From positions 46,100,478-46,164,477 of the forward strand of contig NC_133618.1 of assembly GCF_048593235.1 (NCBI RefSeq): 64,000 nucleotides of DNA, given 5' to 3'. This document shows positions 9,540 through 21,250 of the stretch, piece by piece. This DNA is from Sminthopsis crassicaudata. Its lineage: Eukaryota. Made by a program: the position numbers and the translations under genes. Below the pieces are notes generated by a model, which made no database searches, was not told where the DNA came from, and saw only the letters and a program-made list of their open reading frames with translations. Within the stretch, counting starts at the first letter, position 1; the number at the start of each line of letters is the position of its first letter.

Positions 9540-9983
9540 TGTTAGGATTACTAAGTGAGAACTCGGGTTGTCTGGATAGTGACAAGGTGAGAATTCAGGT
9601 TGGACAATTACAAGGTGAGAACTCAGGTTGACTTGATGGAAGGAGCAGGCTCATTGGCTGAGGTGGTTCTTCCCAGAAGCCCTTGCATTATCCCATGCCC
9701 ATTCTCTGGGAGGATAAAAAGCAACAGTGGGCCTGGAAAGTGAGTCTACATGGAGAAGGATAAGAGCTGGAGGAGATTCAAGGAGAAGACTTTGCATTGC
9801 ATCAGGCTTGACGGGGCTCTCTGCAGGAAGGGAAGTCACTTCTAAGGACAAGAGTTAACAGCAACTGCCTGGAGACAACGGTTCACTACAGGAAGAAGAA
9901 TCTGTCAGAGAGATTTGAGTAGACACAGCAGATCTCTTCCCAGAGAGTGATCCGGCAGCTTCTAGAGACGACAGCTCGCAACA
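9540..9983 (+). repeat. 3' LTR
   Basis: TGTTAGG...GCAACA followed by TSD CCTAGG. Confidence 0.9.
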
Positions 9984-10511
9984 CCTAGGGGCAATCTCTA
10001 ATTCATATTAAGGTGTCTTACCTACAGCAACCCCCAAATTGAAGGTACTCTATTCAGAATCATAGCGGCTCTGGAGTCCCCATCAGTATGTCTATATTTA
10101 CTAGTTAGCCAGAAGTTACAACTAACTCAAAGGAAAGGCATTTAATGAAATAACACATGAATAAAATAATTCCTCTTATAGACCTGAGACCCACTCCCAC
10201 AAATACACATATTATTCATGGGAGAAGTAGACATGCATAGGGCATACTTATGAAGGATGGTACATGTAGGGAACACGTGTCCAGGAGACATGCAAAAAGT
10301 GAGTACAGGGAGGGAGCAGGCTGCTAAGCATTCCCATGAAGAGGTACACTCACAGAGACCATGTGCAGCTGAAGCAGATTCATGGACAGATAGTATATGC
10401 AGGAGATGCTATAGCCCTGGTCTTCTGATGATGTCATTGGACTGTTCCCACCTGCCTGCCCCTTGTGTATTCAGTAACTGCTGAGTATCTCACCTTTTCA
10501 AGATGTATGTT

Positions 10512-10831
10512 CTTCTGATGCTGAGTGAAGGGGGCAGAATGAGGAAAACTGTAAACAGCAAGATTGTGTGATGATCAATTGTGAAACATTTGGTTCTTCT
10601 CAGCCATGTGATGATTCAAACAATTCCAATAGACTTGGGACGGAAAATGCCATCTTCAACCAGAGACAGAACAGTAAAGGATGAATGTAGATCAAAGAAT
10701 ACTGTTTTCACCTTTTTTTCCCTGTTTTTTTTCTTTCTCATGTTTTTTTCTTTGTTGTTCTTTTTTTTTATCCCAACATGACTCATGGAACTATGTAAAA
10801 AATAAATGTATATGTACAATCCAAAAAAAAA
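10512..10831 (+). mobile_element. L1 3' fragment with TSD
   Basis: L1 3' UTR motifs. TTTTCAA(A)GATGTATGTT flanks at 10495-10511 and 10832-10849. Confidence 0.8.
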
Positions 10832-10849
10832 TTTTCAAAGATGTATGTT

Positions 10850-11060
10850 TTATCAAAAGAGGTACAGAAATCTATCTTACCCTGCAGGAAAATAGAAGGG
10901 GAAGGGATATGGGAAGGAGTGGAGAAGGGTGAAAAAAGAGAGGGCATATTGGGGGAGGAAGTGGTCAGTAGCAAAATACTTTTGAGGAGGGACAGGGTAA
11001 AAGGAGAGAAAATAAATGGGGGGAAAATACAATTAGCAATAGTAGTTGTAAAAAAAAAAG
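10850..11060 (+). mobile_element. Older L1 inter-ORF spacer fragment
   Basis: AGAAATCTATCTTACCCTGCAGGAAA followed by a purine-rich run, resembling the marsupial L1 ORF1-ORF2 spacer as I recall it. Confidence 0.6.
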
Positions 11061-11959
11061 CAAGTTTTCAAAGCATAAACCTTTGTGGTTTTTCTATGAA
11101 AAGCTCTTTTTAAAATAATGGGAAAGTCCTGCTATACACAGTCATTTGACTAGAGAAAAACCCTCAGCTTTTCTCCCATAAGAAAAGACTTTCTCCATAT
11201 CCTGACAAGAATTGACAGGAAGGGGATCCCTGCACTAGGCCAAACACTAAAGAATACAGAGCCCCAACCATTCCAAGTAATGAGTTTCATGTAATTTAAG
11301 TCTATTTTTTTAGTTTTATTTCCTGGTCACTACCTTCCCTCAGAATTGGAATTGTGCCTCATTCTGACGTGGGGTTAGGAAGAACTTCCCAGCTGCTAAA
11401 TTAGGCTACCTCTCCAGCAAATGGCCAAAGGCCAAAGGGTTTAGAGAGCCTTCCCTACCCCCCTCCACCAGTTTTGCAGATCTGAAATTCTTTAACTCAC
11501 CCAAACAAAGAAGTGTTAGGGGAGAAAGGCAGAGGAACAAGCCTAAGAATCAGGGGCAAGAACCTTGTCATAGCTCCTAGACAGAAGAGTTTTTGAGCCT
11601 GCCCTCCATGATAGAAATAAAAAGAAAAGAAAAGCCAAGCCAAAATTCTGGAATATGGTCATTCTAGGAGCAGTCAAGTACTAGTCATCACAACCCAGTT
11701 TCACTGAATTGACACAGTTGATCAACTATCTTTTAATAAATAAAAAAGCACTGGATTTTCTGTTCTGGGTTCTTTCACCAACTAGCTGTTTCATGGACTT
11801 TTCTGAAATTCAATGATTTAATTCTCATTGTTTACGGATAATAACTGAGATCTCCATATCTCTGGTGCAGGGAGAAGGATTTGCACTTAAAATCTCATTA
11901 GAGAGATAGACCCACATAAAGATGCTCATACACAGCAGAATGCGCCAAATGAGCAGTTG

Positions 11960-12095
11960 GCAGTCAGTTGACTAGCATTTATTAAGCACCTACTATGTGC
12001 CTGGCACTGTGCTAAGCATTGAAGACACAAAGAAAGCAAAGGCAGTTCCTGATCTCGAGGAGTTTGCCACCTTAATGGGGGAAACAACATACAAA
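11960..12095 (-). mobile_element. L2 3' end fragment
   Basis: GCATTTATTAAGCACCTACTATGTGCCTGGCACTGTGCTAAGC. Confidence 0.85.
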
Positions 12096-12469
12096 CAGCT
12101 ATATAAATTATGCAAACTTCTCCCTGAAACTCACATCTTTTTTAACACTGATTTTCACTTGTTTACACAGCTGTGATTCATGGAATACTTTACATTTTGA
12201 TGAATCAAAAATAAATTAATAGAGTACAGAGGAAAGAGTCCTGGTGTTGGAGGCAGAAAAAGTGGGTTTAAAACCTGCTTCTGATATTTGCTACCTGTGT
12301 ACTCTTGGGCCTCCAGTATTTCCTAACCTGTACTTGGACTAAATGGCCTCTGAGACTAGATTGATGATCCTATAAAGACCTTCTCACAGAGGGTAACAGA
12401 GAGGAACACAATAGGTAGGAAGAAGAACTATCTTGAGAAATAAAATGAAAGAATGTTATCAAAGAAACA

Positions 12470-13205
12470 TGTTCAACTGATATAACTGTTCTGGAGAACA
12501 ATTTGGAATTATGCCCAAAGAACTATAAAACTGTGCATATCCTTTAATCCAGGAGGACTACTACTAGATTTGTATCCAAAAAGATCATTAAAAAATGGAA
12601 AAGGACCCACACGTACAAAAATAGTTATAATTGGGGGCAGCTAGATGGCACAGTGCATACCACCAGCCCTGAATTCAGGAGGACCCGAGTTCAAATCTAG
12701 TCTCAGACACTTAACACTTCCTAGCTGTGTGACCCTGAGCAAGTCACTTAACCCCAGCCTCAGGGGGAAAAAATAACAAACAAAAATAGTTATAACAGTT
12801 CTCTTTATTGTGGCATAGAATTGGAAATTGAGAGGATGCCTATCAAATGGGGAATGGCTAAGTTATGGTACATGAATGTAATGGAATATTATTGTTCTGT
12901 AAGAAACGATCAGCAGTGTGAGTTTAGAAAAGTTTGGAAAGATTTACATGAACTGAAGTGAAAAGAACCAGGAGAACATTGTACATAGTAAAAGCAACAT
13001 CATGTAATGATCAATTTTGACAGACTTAGCTTTTCTTAGCGATACAATAATCTAAGACAATCCCAAAAGGCTCATAATGGAAAATTCTCTCCACATCCAG
13101 AAAAAGAACTATGGAATCTGAATACAGACTGAAGACTATTTTCTCTTTTTTGTTTTCTTTTTCATGATTTTTCCCTTTTGTTTTGATTCTTCTTTCACAA
13201 TGTGA
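12470..13205 (+). mobile_element. L1 ORF2 C-terminus / 3' UTR fragment interrupted by a SINE
   Basis: AATTTGGAATTATGCCCAAAGAACTATAAAACTGTGCATATCCTTTAATCCAG and AATTGGAAATTGAGAGGATGCC. Confidence 0.9.
12631..12779 (+). mobile_element. WSINE1-type SINE, full length, 16-bp TSD
   Basis: GGGGCAGCTAGATGGCACAGTG...GAGTTCAAATC...A tail. ACAAAAATAGTTATAA at 12615-12630 and 12780-12795. Confidence 0.92.
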
Positions 13206-14211
13206 ATTAGGATTTTAAAAGGTGGGCTACAAACAATACCTTGATACAATTAGTTTTCAAAATATTGGTTTTCTCTATTTACTTAGCTTAAATCAACATT
13301 TTTTAAAAGCAAAGGTTTTGTTGGGTTTTTTAGGCTTGATTTGGTGATGTTTATATCAGTATTCAAGTGCTATTTAGCATTAAGCTGCCCAGCAAGGATA
13401 AAGTGAGATCTATTTTTGAAAAAGCATTATTGTGATAAATCAAGGATTTCACTCCCATACTCTAGCAAACTATATTGTAGAATCCTTCACTCTTATAATA
13501 TCTGCCTCACTATTCCGTGATCATAAGTGAACATTACAATTAAGGCCCCAAAAATGACTAGTCCTTGGACACAGAGCTCATGTCAGAAACAGAATTTGAA
13601 TGCAGATCTTCCTGAATCCTTAATCCAAATATAGTGCCCCACCACTCTAAGGATTTTATACTCTCCTGTGCAAAAACTTTCACTAGCTCCCTATTACTTA
13701 TTAAATTAGAATGTCCACACTTCTTATACTGGCATATAAGGCCTCCCACAACTTGAGTCCACCATGCCTGTCCAATCTTATCACACACATACATTAAGCT
13801 CCAGTCACACTGAGCTACCTAGAACATGAGCTCGAGAGCCCACCTCAAGAACCTTTATGCTTTACCCTGTGTGGTGGAATTCCCTTCTTCCCATGGCTGT
13901 TATGTTTCAAAGCATAGGTATCTCCCTTCTGCTAAATCTGAAGATGCAGAAAGAAGCATTACAGACCACTCATGAATAGCATGGACTTTGCCTGGACTCT
14001 GAAGAGCTTTGTCAATCTCACAAACACAAGATATATTAAAGGTAACTCTTGTTATAAGGGTTAACCTACCAGCAGAGAACAATAACATGCACTGCAAAGG
14101 TTTGAACATCTCATTCCCACTGGCACATTTCAAACAATTCAGTCATAGCTGACACTTTTACTTTTTAACTTCCCACTACTATTCTCTGCTTCAATAAATC
14201 TCATATATATT

Positions 14212-14535
14212 GGCAATATATATATATATATATATACAATATATAATACATATAACACACATATATAATTTATAATACATATAACAATATATATACAACA
14301 ATATCTCCATATACACATATGTATATGCAAAATACAAATATATGTATATAACATACATATGTGATGATATGTATATATGTCCACCTATATATAACACAAT
14401 AACATGTATATATACAAATATATATACTATTATACCTGCATGACAATAAGTACATATATGTATATAATGCAAATATGTGTGTATGTATATATACACAGGT
14501 ATATGTGTGTATATATCTTTAAATAGAGATATAGA
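14212..14535. repeat. (TA)/(CATA)-rich low-complexity tract
   Basis: Visible degenerate TA/CA alternation. Confidence 0.9.
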
Positions 14536-16041
14536 TATAATACAGTTTATTCCTACCACTTAAATACATGGACTATATGTAGCTTCAATGGAGGCAAAAA
14601 TGCCTCTTATTCTCTCTCTGCTGCTATAGGTTATATGCGTCGTTTTTCCCATGATGCTAACACCCAGTCTCTTCAAATCCTACCCATCATTTAAGACATA
14701 AATCAAATACCATTTGGTTTATTAAGGAATGCATACCAATTCACCTAATTAGAAGTGATCTCTCCTTCCATGGAACTCTCAAAACACTCTATTTTATACT
14801 GTCAAACAATTTCCCATTTCTACTATTTTAAAAAATCTACTTTGCACAATGTTTAAAAGGAAAGCATTTTGCAAACTTGAAAGAACCATATAATTTTGAA
14901 TTAAAGATGGTGGTGTTTATTCTATTTCTTTCTGTATACAAAATTTCTCCTACTAAACTATGAGTTCTTTCTGGCCAAGATAGGGAGTGCACCCTATTTC
15001 TCTGAGTTTCTGGTTTTACCTAAATCTATGAAAGTTGTAGGTCCTCCTTAAATGTTTACAGATTTCACAAATAAAATTTTTCTCTTCCATTCTCTAACTA
15101 TGAGCTAGAAATTTTTTGAAAGACAAAAATATCAAAGATATGGGTCACAAGAACACAAAAATCTCATAATTATGACTTTTCTTTTGCATTTCAGAGAATT
15201 TGACATTCTATTAGATTATCACTTTCCCAAGGTCATATGGCTAGTAAGTGCCTAAAGGGGGGATTTGAACTGAGGTACTTCAAACTCTAAGTCCAAGTGT
15301 ACACTCTTCCCTTAAACCACCCTGTTCCCCAAAAACAAGAGTCCGGAAGAGACTACTTAAATTCTTCTGCTGGCTCTTCTTCATCAGTGATTTTGAGTAA
15401 GTCCTTGGAATGCTAATTCAGTTTTACCGACTACAAAAATGGGTCTTGGAATGGTCAAATGTTCTTACTACATCACAAAGAGTTCAGTCCAGAGAACATC
15501 TGGAGTGAGTTCTAATATAGCACAAGCAAAAAGCATCGTTATCCCAACCAGAAAGCTGTTTAGGTCAGTGAGTCCAATTCTTTCATTGGATAGATGAAGA
15601 AACTGAGTCCCCAGCACAGCATCTTGTTGCTAATCTGTCTTTGCATACTCTCACAGACTCAGAGTTATCATTCTAGGCACAGTTCAGAAGCCCTTGAAAA
15701 CATACATTTCTGATCTTTCTCTATGACTCTTATTTCCTAAGGCATTTTGGTCTTTATCTTTCTCTATCAACACTTTTTGTCTTAAGGGAGAAAAATATGT
15801 GTCATTTTATTTCTCAATATAAGTGGTTTCAAAGGGTATTACTAAGCTTACTTCAAATCCAAAACCATGTAACAGTGCTACTACAAAATTTTCCTTTCAA
15901 AAAGAAATAAGACTGTGGAGTGAAGGAGCTGAGGGGACTAAGACAGCAAGTGGTTAATTGTGGGAATTGAATAAGCAACACTGACTGACTATCTTGTAAT
16001 TCAATTCTAGAGCTAGCTCAGTTCTCATTCTACTCGATTAA

Positions 16042-16390
16042 TTGGTTGTTGTTCTTCGTTCTTGAAGACCAAAAAGGTACCGCTATGTTATAGCCGAGTC
16101 ACGTGTGTCTGACTGTGGCTGATTGGACTAATATGAGTTCAGAATGTGCTGCCACAGGTAAAACACAAAGAGTGTCTATGAACATTTGGGGTGGACTCTC
16201 TAACTTTGCCCATCTCACACTTCTTCTAAGTTTATTCAATTCTTCTTTGCTCATAGACTATAGCATCTTCTCGATGAGGGCACGCTATGCTATGTGGTCC
16301 TGGCTCAGCGTCTCCCATGTTATAGTCAATTCTAAATAGATTAGAGAGTGTCCTTGTATCACTTTTTCTGGCCTTTGCCCTGTGTGACTT
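16042..16390 (-). mobile_element. RTE 3' end or RTE-tailed SINE
   Basis: GTTGTTG tail then sequence similar to 40553-40900 (GGTTGTTGTTCTTCGTTCT...GCCACAGG...AGAGTGTCCTTGTA). Confidence 0.75.
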
Positions 16391-16814
16391 CTTTCTTTTC
16401 AATTATAGATCTACTCCAATTTCTGTATTTGAGAAAACTTTTTTCTGTATGTGTGTATTTATGGGAAATGGGAGAAAATTTTATTGCATTATTTGAATTT
16501 AGCCTTGCATCTCTAAGAAGTTGAACCACCATTACCTGCTGCTTAGAAATGCTTTAACAAAGGACCTAGATTATGCAAACCAGAAACTCAATCAAATCTT
16601 AAAATGGATGCAAGGAGTTTTTTTTCGTAATTGTCCATCTCAAATAACCCATATGTCTTATCTGAAAAATTACCTCATATTGATCAGTTATTGTTTCCAT
16701 GTTCCTTTGACTGAATACAGATACTTGGGGGAGAATGAGACACCTCTTTTTTCTAATTCCAGAGCATTATATCTGTTCATTCTCTCCTTTCAAACTTGGA
16801 AAGTCCCAAATCTC

Positions 16815-16955
16815 GGGGCAGCTACGTGGTGCAGTAGATAGACTACCAACCCTGAAGTCAGGAGCACCTAAGTTCAAATATGGCGTCAGACACTTAACAT
16901 GTCCTAGCTCTGTGACCCTGAGCAAGTCACTTAACTCCAATTGCCTCAGAAAAAA
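16815..16955 (+). mobile_element. WSINE1-type SINE
   Basis: tRNA head, poly-A tail. TSD AAAGTCCC(A/T)AATCTC at 16800-16814 and 16956-16970. Confidence 0.92.
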
Positions 16956-18671
16956 AAAGTCCCTAATCTCTCCTCCAATTAGAATTCAGATTATCTAATA
17001 TTGTATCCTAGTTAATAATTTCCTTTTGATTAATTATTCTTATTTGATTATTTGTGTTTAATGTATAAAAGTCTGTTTCCCCCTATACTGAGAATCCAAC
17101 CCTAAAGTGAGGAAGGGGCCTGTCCCAATTTGTTAGGCAATTGGTATGTATTACTTAATAAATCAAAATGTTTGGAAGATCCTCAGCCATTTCATCTTTT
17201 ACTCACCACAAGGGCATACTTTAATTTTTACATAGTGTAGTCCCTTTAAAAGGGGGCCCAATTACATTTTATTTTATGCACATAGAGAGACTAGTTTTAA
17301 ATAAGTCACTGTAGAATATAGCTCCAGCAGTTTGCTTTATATAGTAAACCATAAACTACTCTACATGGAAACATTTCACCTCAAAAGATTTGGATTTGTT
17401 TGGGTCCCTCTTTGAAGTGGCAGAGTATAGTTCCAAGTCCCCTCAGAAGCTCTGGAAGGTACTGAAAAGAGTATAAACTATATCCATAAAATTGCCCTCA
17501 CTCATACCAAAGAGGAAAAAAAGAAAGAAATTGATTATTGACTTACAAATAAAAATTTTCCTTATGGTGAGTTTTCCTTAAATATAACACAAATAATAAA
17601 GTCATTTTTAGCACTAAGTTGTCAACATCCTTGAAGAAAATGACAGTAATCTACTTAGAAACAATTTTTATGTACTTATAGGTGAAGTAGGGAATGAGAG
17701 GGAGAAATACTACATGATGCAGAAAGAAGTTCAAATTGTATTTTTCTTCTTTAGTTAGAGCTTCACAACAAAACACAGCTGCAAACTGCCCTGGCATAAT
17801 TATAGCTCGACCTGTATGTATGCACTATATTTCAGAGCATGAAATTTCATTAATAAAATGAAATAATGTGTGAAATTATATTTTAAACACTTGAAGTAGA
17901 AGCGATCTAGTAGGTGCTGGCTCTCTTCAGTGGGCCACAAAACAATGCTTTGAAAGGTCATCCAAATAACTTTAGTCACACATCCCATCCTAGCAGAGGG
18001 ACTATCGGCTGTACCATGCAGTGTTTCACACTTGGCTTTTAGGAAAAATGTTCAGGTCCTAGTAATTTCATAGCATTGCAGGAAGAAGAATGGTTACAAA
18101 ACAACAACAGCAACAACACAATATCCCAGGCATCCTCACTGCTAGAAGGTCTTTCTGCATGTTTTGCCCCTTGGAATCAACAGGTTGTGGGAGAAATCCT
18201 TGAAAAGGATAAATGGAAATATAAGGAAGAAAGTTGAATTAGGACCTTTCTATGCATTTATTACTTATTTGTATAGACTTCTGACTTTTAAGTTGTCTGT
18301 TTACCAATGCTGCTAATAAGAATCACAGTATCCAATAGAGCACATCTTTAACTCTACCTGCTACTATTAATAGTACACATGAACTTTCAGTTACTAAAAA
18401 CAAGAAGCATTAAAAATTCCTCATAAACTAGAAGAGAAGCTCAATTTTATATGTCAAGTTTATCACCTTTCTTATCCTTTTATATGTAGCACCAAGACCC
18501 TTTAATAGGAGACCCTGTTAATTAATCCCAAGCCTGTGGTAGGTACTCAACTCTATTTCTATGTCAATTCACAGTTCATAAATCCCTGTTTCTGCTAAAT
18601 CTCCTCCAACCCTGCCAGGAGGGAAAAAAAGCACGTGGTATCATAGGAGAAAATAAAAAGTATTTACTCAC

Positions 18672-18748
18672 AACTGAATACGAGATAAATAAAAGACACT
18701 GAATCAAGCAGCAAGCATTCAGACCATCCATTTTCCAAATTACAACCT
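18672..18748 (-). other. Candidate 77-nt minus-strand exon of unidentified host gene
   Basis: Branch TACTCAC, acceptor TTGTATTTTCCAG, donor GTT|GTGAGTAA, in unique sequence. Confidence 0.55.
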
Positions 18749-19084
18749 CTGGAAAATACAAGTAGTGAGTACACTGTCTAGCCTGGATATTCAACATAAT
18801 GGGAGAAGGACACGGGCAGTTTCACTCACACATTAGTCATTTAAAAAAAGTTATAAAGTACACAGAAATCATGGTGGGGATTGCAGCTTATCACTTTTAT
18901 CTCTGCTCCCCATGAAGTATGACCTTGCAAAACAGAAGTATTTACAGCATGATCTTAGGTTGGTGTGTGCAGCAGTTGGAATTGGGTATGCTGGACTTGG
19001 TAAGATGTCAAACATTGTTGCTTCTTCTAAGGAATTATATGGGGAAAAAAATGTCTAATGTCATCACCAGCACCAGCATATTCT

Positions 19085-19212
19085 AGATACAATTCCACTT
19101 CCTTCCGCATCTCTTCCTTCTCTTCTTTTTTCTTCTATTCTTTCACCTCTCTTTCCTCCTCTCCTGGTTCTTTTCTTCTGCTTTTTCCTCCTCCTTTCTT
19201 TTTTCTTCTTCA
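19085..19212. repeat. TC-rich polypyrimidine tract
   Basis: Degenerate (TTC/TCC)n. Confidence 0.85.
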
Positions 19213-19988
19213 TCTCAAGATCTATCCTAAAAATCTACTTTTAAGGTATATCATAGGGTCAGAAGAAGATAGTCTCATTTCATGAAATTTCTACATCAAT
19301 GGTAAATAATAAAAAATATGAACCTTTTTTTGTATTCTCATCACTTTGCACACTCTTATTTACCAGTGCAGATCATTATACTTTCATTCCTTCCCAGCCT
19401 GCATAATTCTTGTACCTGTCTTTCTATAAATCTTTTATAATAACAATAAAAATATCATGTTATTCCTAGTAAGGTACTTCAAGGTGTTAAAATGTCCTCT
19501 AAAAAAAATCATAGTTTTAATGTTAAGTACATCATTATCATTGAAAATTAATAATACATATATGTTAATATTCAATTAACTAAAACTTCCCTTTCTTAAA
19601 ATATCTTTGACTGAGAATTGAAAAAGACATTAGAAGTCACCTAATCAGATCTCCTCATTTTAAAAATCAGGAAACTGAGACACAGGGAGGAAAAAGGATT
19701 GGCCCAAAGTATGCAAGCAGACTAGAAATAGGTCGTCTGATTAAAAGTCAGTGATCTATTCACTGCAACATGCTGCAACTCTGAAAAAAGTAGCCTTCCA
19801 CATTACTAAACTTTTGTTTCTAGTTCTATGATTAATTTTCCCACAGATTTTTCTTAATGTATTTTCAGGGTAAAAGATACATATCATAAATTGAAATTGA
19901 AGGCACTTAAAATAATTAAGCAATGATGTTGCTTATCTCACATGCTGTTCAATAGTGGGATTAGGCTATGGGTAACCACACTTCAGAA

Positions 19989-20119
19989 NNNNNNNNNNNN
20001 NNNNNNNNNNNNNNNNNNNNNNNNNNNNNNNNNNNNNNNNNNNNNNNNNNNNNNNNNNNNNNNNNNNNNNNNNNNNNNNNNNNNNNNNNNNNNNNNNNNN
20101 NNNNNNNNNNNNNNNNNNN
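19989..20119. other. Assembly gap (131 N)
   Basis: Run of N. Confidence 1.
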
Positions 20120-20270
20120 TCTCTTTCTCTTTTCCTTCTTCTCCTCTTCCTCTTCCTGTTCCTCCTTTTTTTCCTCTTCCTCCTCCTTCTCCTTCTCCTC
20201 TTGCTTTGTCTGCTTCTTCTTCATCTGCTTCTTTTCTTTCTTCCTTTCTTTCTTCTTTCTTCTTCTTCTT
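20120..20270. repeat. (TTC/TCC)n low-complexity tract
   Basis: Visible, adjoins the gap. Confidence 0.9.
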
Positions 20271-20289
20271 TGAAATCTATTATATACAG

Positions 20290-21250
20290 AATACAGTATA
20301 GGCTCTCAGAAGCAAAGAGCAAAACCAAACAGTACTTGTCCTCAAGGAGTTTTTCATTTATCAAGGAAAGTAACAAGTACATAAGTTCCAAGTCATACCA
20401 AGTAAAAAAGGGACAGGAAAGATCAGGAAAGACATCAGTTAGAGGTGATGGCTGAAATGTGCTTTTACAAAAGCTAGGTTTCAAAGAGAAAGCTATAACT
20501 CATATGAGGATTTTCTGTTTTGTTTCTGTTCTTTTTCTGTTTGGGGTAGGGCAGATAAAGGAAAGAATACAGACCTGAAAATAAAACAAAACTGAATTGT
20601 ACTTTTAAAAAAGTAAAGCTATGGCTTCAATGAAGGAGAAGTGAGGAGGTAGTGTGTTCCATATATAGAAGGCTAATGAGACAAAGAAGTACAAAGTCAT
20701 GTATGGATAACAGCTATCAGTTCACATATGAAGGAGAGTAATACAAAACAGAACTGAAAAGGAAGGTGAGTCTAGAGAGCAAGTGAATATTTTTGTGTAA
20801 GGATAACATGATTAGAGCTGTGTTTTAAGAATATCAATATGACAGCCATGTGAAGGTTGGATTAGGGAGAGAAAAGAATAAAGGCAAGGAGAGATTATTG
20901 AAATAGTCCAGATGAGTCTGGATGAGTAAAGAAGGGAACACATATGAGACAGGTTATAGAAGTAGGAGCAGCAAGACTTAGGAACTGATTAATTGTGGGG
21001 ATTGAAAGAGCAGGGAAATTCAAGAATGACTTCAGTTTCACAAAGTTGGAAGAATGGTGGGATAGTTGGAAGAAATATTAAACTCAGGAAGTTATATAAC
21101 CAAATCCATCCAGGTGGAGATGTCCATAACATAGTAGATAATTCAGGACTAGAGTTCAGGTTTGGACTAGATATCTAGATTTTCCACATAGAGGTAATGA
21201 TCTGATCCTTCCTTAAAAGCTAAAAAGAGAGAAGAGACCCAGAATAAAGT
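20290..21250 (-). mobile_element. Degraded L2 fragments
   Basis: TTGTCCTCAAGGAGTTTTCATT, ATTGAAATAGTCCAG and TCAGGACTAGAG...TAGATTT motifs of antisense L2. Confidence 0.5.

Larger units (their letters stand above)
9022..9983 (+). mobile_element. Miniature non-autonomous LTR retroelement (TRIM-like; ERV2/betaretrovirus-like signals)
   Basis: Two 444-bp direct repeats (TG...CA) around a 74-bp spacer with PBS-like and PPT sequences. 6-bp TSD CCTAGG at 9016-9021 and 9984-9989. Confidence 0.92.

Noticed and set aside
9133-9851. Two identical 66-aa minus-strand ORFs (9133..9333 and 9651..9851)
   Set aside because: They are the antisense reading of the duplicated LTR. The identity reflects LTR duplication and there is no retroviral protein motif.
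14139-14559. Overlapping Tyr/Ile/Cys-rich ORFs
   Set aside because: Artefact of the (TA)/(CATA) low-complexity tract.
18948-18999. Plus-strand 52-nt exon-like segment (TTTACAG ... TTG|GTAAGA)
   Set aside because: Good donor but a purine-rich, weak acceptor. No recognisable peptide and no supporting neighbours.
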